Assembly (NCBI RefSeq): GCF_006345805.1
Contig: NC_043022.1
Location: 2,480,001 to 2,544,000, forward strand
Direction of reading: 5' to 3'
Length of the DNA stretch: 64,000 bases
DNA from: Octopus sinensis
Taxonomy: Eukaryota
The notes below the pieces were generated by a model. That model worked only from the letters and a program-made list of their open reading frames with translations. It made no database searches and had not been told where the DNA came from. Of the stretch, positions 24,900-37,171 are shown in pieces. The position numbers and the translations under genes are program-made. Each line of letters opens with the position of its first letter. The stretch's first letter is position 1.

Positions 24900-26720
24900 T
24901 TTAGAGATATATTTCCCTGAGGAGTTGTTCTTTCTATTGTCAACACCCTCGAGGAGAAAGACTCGGTATCTTTTGGCTGTAGTGCACAGGCGTATGGTGA
25001 GGTTGCAGCTCCTGCAGTTTGTCTCTGGCAGTCCTCAATCAGGTGAAGAGCCAAACTGAGGCACCTGACATTTCGAATAGTGTTAGGAAAACTCTAAGCA
25101 TCTGCGATTATCAGATGAATTGTGTCCCTGAGAATTTTGGTATAATCCCTGGTTTGGTAGTGCTACCAAATTATGTGGCTGGTTCCACACACACACACAC
25201 ACACACCCACAGAAAAAGAACTGCTGTCACCTGGGCAGTCTGAGATGTGCAGCAGAATGATGCTGCAGAGAATTTGTAGTGCTCAGCATCAAGCTCTACT
25301 CACAAGATGTCTAAGTGGGCTTGGCCATATCTCTGTCAGCCTCCAGTGGAATTCATTTGCAAGGCAGTCAACCCAGCTGATGCTGTCCCAGGCTGACGTA
25401 AACAAACTGAAGGACAACTAAAATCACAGTTGGTGACAGTAAAGGCAGGCATAGAGACACAATCAGGCCCCCATGTCTGTGATTTGGGGAGTGGGTATCC
25501 ATTTACAGCCTCGCTTGTGGCTGACCCCCAAATGTGAGGAACATGGGGATGACAGTAAAGGCAGGTATAGAGACACAATCAGGCCCCCATGTCTGTGATT
25601 TGGGGAGTGGGTATTCATTTACAGCCTCGCTTGTGGCTGACCCCCAAATGTGAGGAACATGGGGATGACAGTAAAGGCAGGCATAGAGACACAATCAGGC
25701 CCCCATGTCTGTGATTTGGGGAGTGGGTATTCATTTACAGCCTCGCTTGTGGCTGACCCCCAAATGTGAGGAACATGGGGATGACAGTAAAGGCAGGCAT
25801 AGAGACACAATCAGGCCCCCATGTCTGTGATTTGGGGAGTGGGTATCCATTTACAGCCTCGCTTGTGGCTGACCCCCAAATGTGAGGAACATGGGGATGA
25901 CAGTAAAGGCAGGCATAGAGACACAATCAGGCCCCCATGTCTGTGATTTGGGGAGTGGGTATCCATTTACAGCCCCGCTTGTGGCTGACCCCCAAATGTG
26001 AGGAACATGGGGAACTCATTGTTCGGGATCAGCTGAACTCACCCCAGATGAATGCCACCACATGTGCAAGTAAGCAGGTACAGAATGATGAAATTCTTCT
26101 GCCCAGTTTCTGAGTATTGTCAAACATGTAGGACTGACCCAGCTGTCAGCCAAGTCCATTACAAAGATCTCACACACACACACACACCTGCACAAAGTCC
26201 CTTTGGCCAAGGAGGAGCAGCAGTTTTTCTCTGTCTGATTGCTTTCATGAAAGAGATTCTCTGGTGGGTTTGACTGAAAAGACTAAGTGCAGACCCTTAA
26301 TTCCAACCAAACTCTCAGTGAATGGGCCTACTTCTCTCAGCATGTTATTATGGGCCAGAAAAGGACTACTGGAGGGGGTGGCTCCTTACTTATTATATTC
26401 AAAGTAATTCTGGGCCCATGGGGTTCCCAATGTGACCCAAGGCCATGCCACTCTATGCAGATTGTATCATACGTCTCTATATAATGCGTATACTCTCATT
26501 TCTTTTCATTTATTTGATTTGCCTGTAAACCTCGTGCACTTTATGTGTGTGACTTCTCCCTACAGTATCCTCTCATCTCACTCTCGTCTAGCAATCATAA
26601 ATCATTATATTATCCCTTACTGCACAAGAACCATGTAGATTTGGTTCTGTGCATGGGCACTTGGAACATGGGAACCAAGCTAACTCATATTTTTGAAATG
26701 AGGTACTTTTTCCAGAATTC
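24900..26720 (+). pseudogene. Heavily decayed LTR-retrotransposon pol-like remnant
   Basis: Scattered motifs across frames: PTEKELL / AVTWAV (RNase H-like), VSEYCQTC (integrase Zn-knuckle-like). Many stops and frameshifts. Confidence 0.4.
25435..26012. repeat. Tandem repeat, 116-bp unit x5
   Basis: GACAGTAAAGGCAGG recurs at 25435, 25551, 25667, 25783, 25899 with only a few substitutions. Confidence 0.95.
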
Positions 26721-27039
26721 TCCACTGCATTGCACCTTGGGCAAGTGTCTTCCACAGTTGTCACCCTGAGATACCTGCTGGTGATAAGGAAGGGTTTCTA
26801 GTGTTGCAATGGATTTAGAAGAGCTTGCAAAACCTCTGAATTGCTCCTGTCATTTCTGTGTGGGGCCAAGCATCTTTGATGCTTGTTTCAGTTGTGCTCT
26901 TCTAGTTCAGATTCTCTTCTTTACATAGCAATTTGTCAGCAATAGTCATCAATTACTGGTTTCCGGGCCAATCCCTGCATTTCTGAAGGTGACAATAACA
27001 GAGACTGGTTTAATTTGTTGGTTGATGTTAAGGAGAGCA

Positions 27040-27394
27040 TCTTCTCTCTATACATAAACGGCAGTTTGTCTGTTAGGTTGTACCCTCACCCTGACCACGG
27101 CTTTCAACCGATTCTGATGAAACTTGACACACACATAGCCCAATGTCATAATTCAAAACTAATGCAGCGAAAATTTTGAAAAGTTCCCCCAGTTCTGAAA
27201 AAAATCGATAAATTCGACATGGGGGTCGAGAATCAGAAACACAAACCACAGACTGTCTAGGGGACGCAACTCGACCTTTTTAACTAAAAAAAATTTACCA
27301 TCATTTTTTTCTCCATTTTTTGGCTATAACTCTCTAAAAATGCTTTATAGTTATTTCCCTTACAAACCCGAGCAATGCCGGGCGATACTGCTAG
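27040..27394 (+). mobile_element. Non-autonomous Helitron
   Basis: A|TC...CTAG|T termini and subterminal hairpin CCCGAGCAATGCCGGG; no TSD. Confidence 0.8.
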
Positions 27395-27880
27395 TCCAAT
27401 CATAAAAACGGTGCCAAAACAGACACAGAAGTCTGGTGCAGTCTTCTGCCTCCACTGGCTCCTGTCAAACCATCCAACCCATGCCAGCATGGAAAGCGGA
27501 CGTTAAACGGTAATGATGATGAAATACCATACAGGGGATTTTCATTTCAAAGCACCAGTCTTTTCGTTATAGAATGACAAAAGACGTGCATTTTGTATGA
27601 TTAAAAAATTCTCCTTTGTATTCTCATGGTTTCAGGTTCAGTCCCACCGTACAGCACCTTGGGTAAGTGTCTTCTATTATAGCCTTGGGATGACCAATAC
27701 CAGCATAGGGAATTTGGTAGAAACTTAATGATGCCTGCTGTATGAATGTGTGGGTGAATATATGTATGTATGTTTGTGAGGAAGTCTGTATGGATCCATG
27801 CTTGTGTGTGTATTTAAGAGATGAGGAATTATGTACATTATTTACATTCGACGGATATTTGTCCTCATCTTGTTGTTGTT

Positions 27881-27926
27881 AACACAACGTTTCAGCTGAT
27901 ATACCCTCCAGCCTTCATCAGGTGTC
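27881..27926 (-). ncRNA. Minimal type I hammerhead ribozyme motif (Penelope/retrozyme type)
   Basis: Minus strand reads GACAC-CTGATGA-A-GGCTG-gagggtatat-CAGCT-GAAA-CG-T-T-GTGTT: stem I, intact core boxes, stem II, palindromic ACGT stem III, GUU triplet. Confidence 0.8.
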
Positions 27927-28849
27927 TTGGGGAAATTATGAACCTGGGTTCTCATTCCTAAGGTATTTTTCAATGTTGTTATTATTATTCAGGTCACTGC
28001 CTGGAATAAAGCTCAGAATCTTGGGGTTAGTAGGCCACGCTCTTAACCACTACATCATCATCATCATCATTGTTCGACCGTGGTCGAGACAATGGAATTT
28101 ACCATGCTACGCCAGACTTCACGGTCCATCATGGCATTACGGAGGTCCTGTTGCTGGATGCCTGTATCCCTGGAGATTACATCAGGGTAGGAGAGTGTGC
28201 ACCCTCTGGTATCGCGAGTAGATGGCTGCCAGAGGAGAAGAGTAGAAATTGCCTCTTTTTCAGCTCTACAACAATGTCCAGCAAACTGGACTCTCCTACC
28301 TTTCACAAGAGATGACACAAGAGATGGGCACATGGCGTAACAACCAAGTCTAATATGGACCCCCAAGGGTCATTTGGGCCCCAGTTTCAGACAACTGTAT
28401 TAGAATTTGATAATAGAAATACTTTAGGGTCAGATGTTTTTTTTTGTTTTTATTAACATGTGCTTTTTACGATTTTTAAAAAAATTTCATTCCTAGTCAT
28501 TATTTTGATTTGTATTTTATGTATGTATGTATGTGCATATGTTTGTGTATTGTATGTGTAAATATGTTTCTATGTACATGTATATATTTTCGTATGTATG
28601 TGTTTGTTTCTAACCGATCATCTTGCCATTTTTTTCCCTTTTTTTTTTCCTTTTCATTTTCATTTTTTTTTCTTTTTTTTTTTTCTTTCCATTTTCGTTC
28701 CTCTTTTGCTCATTTCTGTTTTGTTCATTCATGACCCATCTCACAATATTCTGGGGGTGGGGGGGACAAAAAACTACAAATCTTCATTAGTACCTCTTAC
28801 ATCTGCTCTTGCTCTTTTTTTTCCCCTCTCTATCTTCTTGCTCATACTC

Positions 28850-29230
28850 TCTCTCTCTCTCTCTCTCTCTCAAACACTGTCTCTATCTCTCACTCAAACA
28901 CTCTTTCTCTCTCCCTCAAACACTCTTTCTCTCTCTCTCCCTCAAATACTCTTTCTCTCTCTCACTCAAACACTCTTTCTCTCTCTCACTCAAACACTCT
29001 TTCTCTCTCTCCTCAAACACTCTTTCTCTCTCTCTCCCTCAAACACTCTTTCTCTCTCCCTCAAACACTCTTTCTCTCTCCCTCAAACACTCTTTCTCTC
29101 TCTCTCACTCAAACACTCTTTCTCTCTCACTCAAACACTTTCTCTCTCTCACTCAAACACTCTCTCTTTCATTCAAACACTCTCTCTCTCTCTTGCACTC
29201 ACACTCACTCTCTCACTCTCACTCACACAC
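28850..29230. repeat. CT-rich minisatellite (CAAACACTCTTTCTCTCTC..., ~20-26 bp)
   Basis: Directly visible just upstream of the 29298 exon. Confidence 0.9.
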
Positions 29231-29297
29231 ACACACACACACAAAACGAAAACGCAAAAGATTTCTTGTTATGAAGCCTTAATATTTCTCATTCCAG

Positions 29298-29429
29298 GGC
29301 CTTCAGTATCTGAAAGCAATGAGGCTATGTCATCCAAAATCTCCCCATCACGTTCTCCTCGGGCACGGCCAACGCCAGTAGTTGCCCATCATCAACATAT
29401 TTCAAGTCTTCTCTCTAGGCCTAAAATTG
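29298..29429 (+). CDS. NCOR: NCoR-like coding exon (GPSVSESNEAMSSKISPSRSPRARPTP...SRPKI)
   Basis: TTCCAG acceptor ending 29297 and G|GTAAGA donor at 29430; phase 1-1, in frame with the previous exon; Ser/Pro-rich composition like the rest of the protein. Confidence 0.75.
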
Positions 29430-32400
29430 GTAAGATGCTAAGCCTGTCTTCCTGTTGTTCCACAGTGGCTTATACTGGCCTCCAGTGAATTAGTTACATG
29501 TAGCATGCTTCTTAATTATAATCTAGCCAGCAGTATGCTAACGATCTCTCTTTAAACCGCGTTACTATAACTCTTTCTAGACTTAATTACTCAACTTATT
29601 GCTGTTTGTTTTGTCTCTGTTGCTCCAATATGTTTCTTTTGTCTTGCATTGGAAAGTTCATTGTAGAACCCTTTGGGACTTTTCATTGTTGGCCCCCTGT
29701 TGGACGTTCATCACTGACCCTGCGTTGGAAGATTATGGTTCAGCCCCGTTGGAAGTTCATTGTTGATTCCCCCCCCCCCACTCCCCTGTTAGATGTTTAC
29801 TGTTATTCCTGCTGGAATTTTCATTCTTGGAATTTTCATTCTCGGAAGTTCGTCGTTGGCCCCGTTTGGGAAGTTCAACATTGCAACCCCTTCCTCCTCC
29901 TTGGAAGTTTGTTGTCGGCTCTCCTTTAGAAGTTTGTCATTGTCCCCCACCCTCCCCCTGGGAGTTCATTGTCGACCCTTGATGGAAGTTTGTCATTAGT
30001 TCTTCTCCATTGGACGATATTGTTGGCCGCCACTGGGCATTCATTAGCCCGCCTCACCCCCCACCTCCCCCTGTTGGAAGTTTATTGTTGGCCCTTTGTT
30101 GGTAAGTTCATCTTTAGTCTTTAGAAGGTTATCGCTGGCCCCTGTTGGCATATTCATCATAGTCCTTTGGATGTTCATTATTAACCCCATTTGAAATTCA
30201 TTAACCTTATTCAGCTTTCATCATTGCCTCAATTACAAATATATATCATTGAGCTTATTGGAATTTATTTCCTATCAATTGATTATCAAACAGATGTGTA
30301 TTGACCATTTTCAATTTGTTGATTTTGTAAACAACCCCCACCCCCTACTAAAATCATCTTTACCTTTCATCCTGCAAGTTCATTAATTTAAGTATCATTA
30401 ATACACCAGAGTTGATTTGATTGACCGTATTAGTTAGTTAGTTAGTCAGTTAATTTGGCTCAAAAGCAAATAGCAAGGCCATGTAGGGGGACATGGAGTT
30501 AAGTACAGGGTGGTGTTCATGTAAAGAGTTCAGGCCACTTGAGGTCAAGGGAGGCTTTGAACAAAGCGGTCGTCGGCATCTTCACCATCTCGTCTGGCAG
30601 CTTGTTCCACGGATCCGCAACCCGGACGGAGAAAGCTCCTCTCCTTCGATTGAGATGAAATCGTCGCAGGTAGAGCTTTTTGGAATGACCCCGCTACAAT
30701 AATTGAACCCCTCCTTTGTTAAGATCAATTTCAAATTCTATCAATTAAATAGGAATGAGATCACATCAGTAAGGGACATTATTTGTATATTACCTTTCTC
30801 ACCTGGCCAAGCTTGCTTGGACATGTTTAGCCCATACATGACCTCCGTCTTGGTCCTGCATCAGTTGAGGAATGTCTTTGGAGAGGCATTCAGAGTCTCT
30901 GGTGAGATGATTAATATACGTTGTGTTTGGATGACCTGTGTATGCCGGGTGCTTTTCACATGGAACCGTACAAGTGCTTCAATGTGGCACTGACACAAAA
31001 CTCTTGCAGACCAATCCTCCTTCCAGGAAGAATGGCCTTAACACTCCTGCTGTGTAGGACGGGTCTTCTTGAATACAGCAGGGCGCCAGGTATCTCGGTC
31101 CTTTGTCATCTCGTCTGAAAGCTCATCCTTCGGTACTTCGTCCTGGGGTCATCTTCTTTAGAAAAATGTAAGAGGGGCAAAGATGGTGGTAAAAAAGGAA
31201 GAAGAAAAAGAAAAACAGTTTAGAGGCTGTATGGGAATGCAGTTCTATGGGTGGGGGGGTTCGAAAAATAGGAAGATGTGGGTCACTGGGTGCATGTATG
31301 AGAGGGTATCTGTGTAACATATATAGATACATGTAGAGAAGGCAGGTGCTTAGGAAGCAAGCTCCTTAACTCACTGCTATGCCTGCATCTGTCGTGTGTG
31401 GTGGTGGGGATGGGTGCTTACCTTGTGATCTGGGTTTCAGAAGAGTGACGTTTACTCTTTACTCTTTACTCTTTTACTTGTTTCAGTCATTTGACTGCGG
31501 CCATGCTGGAGCACCGCCTTTAATCGAGCAAATCGACCCTAGGACTTATTCTTTTATAAGCCCAGTACTTATTTTATCGGTCTCTTTTGCCAAACCGCTA
31601 AGTAACGGGGACATAAACACACCAGCATCGGTTTCAAGCAATGCTAGGGGACAAACACAGACACACAAACACACACAGTTTCCGTCAACCAAATCCACTC
31701 ACAAGGCTTTGGTCGGCCTGAGGCTATAGTAGAAGAGACTTGCCCAAGGTGCCACGCAGTGGGACCGAACCCAGAACCATGTGGTTGGTAAACAAGCTAC
31801 TTACCACACAGCTACTCCTGCGCCTATTTTGTTGACATTTTCCTGTGAACAAGTTATCTGGTAATTCTGCACTTTCAAAGACGAATGGATTCTGTTGGAT
31901 TAGAGACAGTCAAGATATCTGGGTGTACAGCAGTGCCTCAATAATACATACTCCTCTAACTCATGCTAGCATGGTGAAAAGAATGAATGAAATAAAGTCT
32001 CATAGCTGTGAATTAATTCTGGACTGAATCAAAGCTCGCAAGTAAGCAATTTTGAGGATCAGCTTCAAGAAAATACGGGGTCTGAGTAAAAAGTATCGGG
32101 ACTGTTGTTATGGTAACACATTGGCACAGACTGACCTCGAACCCTGTCGCTCCTGTATGCTAAGGTATAACATTCTCACTCCTTTTGTTTATAAGAAGAC
32201 TTGGAATTAAGGTTTGTGGAGTGTGGCTGTCTCGAAAAGGAGATCAGGTTTCAACAGTGCCGGGTCTCCTTGATTGTGTCGAGGGTGACAAAATCTTTTT
32301 CCCAAAAAAACCCCCCAAAAAACAGGTCGTTACAGGTGACAAATTGTGGGTCCATGGCTGTGACCCTTTCCTCTTTCCAAAAATCAAATAACCACTTGAA

Positions 32401-32682
32401 AGGAACAAGATGTTGTTACATATCGCTGGTCACAATGCACTTTGCATTGTTTTAGCCTTTGAATGACGCCACCCCGCTGGCTAAGCGAGCAGGCCAACAG
32501 AAGAAAGAGTGAGAGAAAGTTGTGGTGAAAGAGTACGGCAGGGATCACCACCCCCTGCCGGAGCCTCGTGCAGCTTTAAGGTGTTTTCGCTCAATAAACA
32601 CTCACAACGCCCGGTCTGGGAATCAAAACCGCGATCCTACAACCGCGAGTCCACTGCCTTAACCACTGGGCCATTGCGCCTC

Positions 32683-32767
<85 letters not shown>

Positions 32768-35157
32768 AAATGAGTACATGTCTTGTGTAGGGCTTATGTA
32801 AAGGGGTCTTTCTTCTTGGTACTGCAACTCCAAATGAGGCTCCATCTCCAAGGAGTTAAATGCCAAATTGATATGGGTTGTAGTTTTCCTCTTATAGCAC
32901 CTGTCCCAATACTTTTTTCTATCAGACCTTGCAATTGTCTGTGGTTTCCACACACACTTTATAATGGTTCCCTTGTGTGCTGACCTGTTCTCCCCACCGT
33001 TTTTTTTTCATCTTGATCCTCTGCCCTTCAGCTTTATGTGCTGTGAGTAGTACAATGGTAATCTTTCACTTTTAAGCCAGAATCATTCCAGCTTCTTTAG
33101 AGGAGGAATTACTACTCGTCTCCCTTGGTAGTTAAAAAAAATGCATATTTTCTGTCTTAACCCTTTTGTTCCCATACTTCTGTTGAAATACTGTTTTCGC
33201 TTCAGTTGGTTTTGAAAACGAGGAAAGATTTAGTAAAATAAATATGCTCTTATTAAGCCGGTGTTTGGATCATAGCATAAAAATTCTGATGGAAGGTTTT
33301 GATGTAGATCACTTTAACCCTTTTGCTACTATATTTCTGATGAAATTCCTTTGTTTCAATTAATTTTGAAAATAATGAAGAATTTATTTGAAATAACTTT
33401 GTCGTTATTAAGATGGTATTTGGAGCATAAATTAACGAGGAATTCTTTGATTTAGATCACTTTAACCCTTCTGTTACAATAGGCCTGCATCCTTTGTCAT
33501 CTTCTCTGCTTGCTTGGTCGTGTGATTTGGATGCCAGCTAACTGGCTCCCAAAGATGGTCCTCTTCAGCAAGGTTGAGACTGAAAATAGGTCTCAAGCGG
33601 TCCTCATATTATACAGTGTCTCTCCCACTCAGTTGGAGCCATTGGCTGTTAAGTGAAATGCTAGATCGCTTTGGAACTGAACACGGGACTGCATGAAGAG
33701 AGGAGTAGACGTCACCATCAACCCCCCCTGCAGCTGTTGTTTGGGGCCAATTTCAGTGCCACAGGATCTGCCTTCTGCCTATCTGATCTCAGCTCTTGGA
33801 TCGACACTGTCATTGCGTTTGATGGGCAGGCATAAGCTAAGCTACTGGCTGTAGTCGACATCTTGACCCTTTAGCATCTAAACCAGTCGTATCCAGTCAA
33901 AACATTCTACTTGGCTTCATGTTCAAAGCTTCAAGACAATCCCTGATTAATTCAAAACCATGTGAATAAATAAACATCACATTTGACGGAGAAATCCGGA
34001 TGCTAAACGGTTAAAGGAGAATCTACTTCTGTCTGGTTTAACTGAAAAAAATTCAACACATGTACCCTTAAGTCCATTGCAGTGACCAAATATATCCCAT
34101 TAAAACTTACAGAACATTTTCATCATCACCACCATCATCGCCATCACACTCAAAACAAAAACTGCCACCATGCACAATACGTCTGTGCATGAGTATTGCA
34201 AATTCCTTTTTTCATTTAACTGTTAATCATTAATTATTCTTCCCATTAAAATTCTGCTGTCTCCCAATTTTGCTGTTACCTATTCACCCTTTGCATCAAA
34301 ATAGCTGTTATTTTGGGGACAGGGAATCATTCCATCATATATTGATTTCAAATTCACAGCATCCTACTCTCCAAGTCCTTCTCTCCAAGTCTTACTCTCC
34401 AATATCCTCACAATATTTCAAAAAATGGCTTCTTGTTTTGCTTTCGGTTTTCTTTCTTTCTTTCTTTAATTAAGAACAAGGACCTTTTGAAAGGGTTAGA
34501 AATAGACTTGACTGCTCCCTCTGCCTGTTCCCGTCTATGTTATAAACCCTGCAGAAATCATGTTTTGTGTATATGTGGGTGGGTGGGTGTTTTTGTCAGA
34601 GATAACTGTTATAAACTCACATATTTGTATATATGTATGTACATAAAAACACACACACACATACATGTATATAACGCTGACTGAAGCCTTGTAATTGAAT
34701 TTCTTAGGTGAAGATCTTGTCGTGTGTGTGTGACAGTGCTTGTGTGTCCTTTAACAGATAAGGAAATGACATGTGTATATATGAGGGGGGGGGGGCTGAA
34801 AAGTTCCTGGCTTTAAAGGGTGTCACAAAAGGCTTGGTTAGAAGCCTAACTTTCCGAGCTCTTTTATAGGGACTTAGAAAAACTGAAGGGACCGCTACAA
34901 TAAATGAGCGAATCTGAGAGGGGAATACTCTCTCTTTTTTTTCTCACTCTCTTTTACTTGTTACAGTCATTTGACTGCGGCCATGCTGAAGCGCCGCCTT
35001 TAGTCGAGCAGCTCGACCCCAGGACTTATTCTTTGTAAGCCCAGTACTTATTCTATCGGTCTCTTTTGCCGAACCGCTAAGTGATGGGGACATAAACACA
35101 CCAGCATCGGTTGTCAAGCAAAGCTAGGAGGACAAACACAGACACACAAACATACAT

Positions 35158-35229
<72 letters not shown>

Positions 35230-35868
35230 CATATATATATATATATATATACATACATATATATACATATATACGAATATGTTGAATAAAATCATAATTA
35301 ACTGATCCTCTTCATGCATTTTCTTTTATCCAAAGCCAGGGACTTTTCCAGCATCCCCTCATATATATAAACACACACACACACATGTAACATATATGTG
35401 TACAGGCACACACACATCTATATAATTGAATGAGTTATTTTAAAGATTGATGTTCGTTATATTTTTATGTCAATTAATGTTCTAATTTGCATTTGTTATT
35501 TTGTTTTTTGAATTTTTTTTCTTCTTTAATCTTGTTTAATAATTGCTTTCTGTATTATTAAATAGTACACCCTGATATTGATTAGATATTTTTTTTTTTG
35601 CACAATATGTTTGTTAGCTATCCCATGATTCCCTCCTGCTTTAGCTCATTTGATTATATATATATCAGGTTTCCCTTTAATAATGCATTTAGTGTTTGTG
35701 TATGTGCATGTGTATATATATATATATACACGGAGTAGCTTTGGTGAAGTATTGTGTGATATTATTCTAAAGAGGTTCATTGTGTAAGGCAGGAACAGTT
35801 TGAAGAGATACAGAGTAAACTACAAAAGGCAAACGAAACAATACAAAGTTGTTAGTCACACCATATCC

Positions 35869-35978
35869 TTCTATATTTCATTGGTACGATCCCTTCTTCA
35901 GAACATTTTGAAAAGCGAAGGATAGAAATCACTTTTCTAAATGTCCTGAAGAAGGGCTTATTGCCCCAAAATATCGGA
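35869..35978. ncRNA. Divergent pair of degenerate hammerhead-like motifs in an imperfect palindrome
   Basis: Minus 35904-35869: CTGAAGA-A-GGG...GAAA-TATA; plus 35944-35978: CTGAAGA-A-GGGC-ttatt-GCCC-CAAAA-TATC. Flanks are reverse-complementary. Confidence 0.45.
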
Positions 35979-36104
35979 ATATGAGGTAAAACTATAACTT
36001 TTTTTGTTTCATTTTCCTCTTGTAGTTTATTTTGTAACTTCTCGCATTGTCCCAGCATTACACAACAAATCTCTTTAAAACACACACACGTTTGTATGTA
36101 TGTA

Positions 36105-36169
<65 letters not shown>

Positions 36170-36899
36170 TACACATGTATGATGTCTTTATGTTCATTTA
36201 TCTGTCTTGTATCCTTGCTATTGAGCGCGTCTTATGTTCCCTCTTTGCAGATGATTAAATAACTAAGTTAGTGCGCTGCCTTCACTGTCAGACCGGCTAT
36301 TGACGATTGGGGTCCCTCTTAGTAAGGCTCCTCAACCCCGCCCGCATAGCCTGTAACAAGCCAAAACTAACCATTTCCCATGAACAACCAGCAGAAAGAG
36401 AGGGGTCACTGAAGACTTTCACAGTTCACCCACAGTTGTTTCTGTGCCACAGACTCCACCTTCTTTTTTATTGGATAGCATCTCAGAACGTAGATTTGCT
36501 ACCCTTCGTACAGGCTACCAAGCTGACAGTAGTGGTCTGGCCTTTGTACTCTACTCACCACCACCACCACCACCACCATCCCACTCTGAACTCCTTGCAG
36601 TTAACTGTAGTGGGGGGGAGCAATAGAGCAGTCAGCTTGCCCTCTGTTGTTGACTCTGCATTCAGTCTCTACCTCTTCCTCCTCTCTGCCTTCTCCTTGT
36701 CTTCTTATACCTCCTCACCTTTTTTCTCCACACCATTCCTTCTTCTTCTCCTTAAACCTTTCTCGGAGTCAGCAGCACTGGCTGCTTATTCCCCTACAGA
36801 CCAAAAAAAGTAAGGAAAAAAAAAAAAGCAAAAGTAAAAACAAAAAAAATGATTAACATTGACGAAGCAGTAAGAACTGATCCTTTTGGTGAGTTGCAG

Positions 36900-37171
36900 A
36901 AACCTCCCCAGCTGCAGCAGCCAGTGGTGGACATTCGGGTGACAGCAGCAAGGACGATGCCTCTAGACCCCACACACCAGCTTCAGCAGCAGCAGCATCC
37001 GCATCCACGCCAGCCGTCGCCACAAGCAACATCGCCACCGGTGCTCCAGCCGGACCAAAGCCTGACCACGCCGCCAACATCACGTCGCACCCTGACTACA
37101 GCACCAGTGCAGGAGGAGGAGGAGGCACAAGCCCTGTGCCAATCTACACACCAGAGCCAGCAAAGTATTGA
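36900..37171 (+). CDS. NCOR: Candidate terminal coding segment (ETSPAAAASGGHSGDSSKDDASRPHTP...IYTPEPAKY*)
   Basis: TTGCAG acceptor ending 36899; phase-1 join gives GAA and about 90 open codons to TGA at 37169-37171; GC-rich and repeat-free. Competes with an upstream acceptor ending 36250. Confidence 0.55.

Noticed and set aside
28598-29297. 296-aa ORF N-terminal part
   Set aside because: Open only because the CT minisatellite lacks stops; only 29298-29429 has exon signals.
36307-36813. 168-aa and 60-aa ORFs in the terminal block as NCoR coding exons
   Set aside because: No phase-1 acceptor leads into them and no recognisable motifs; treated as UTR.
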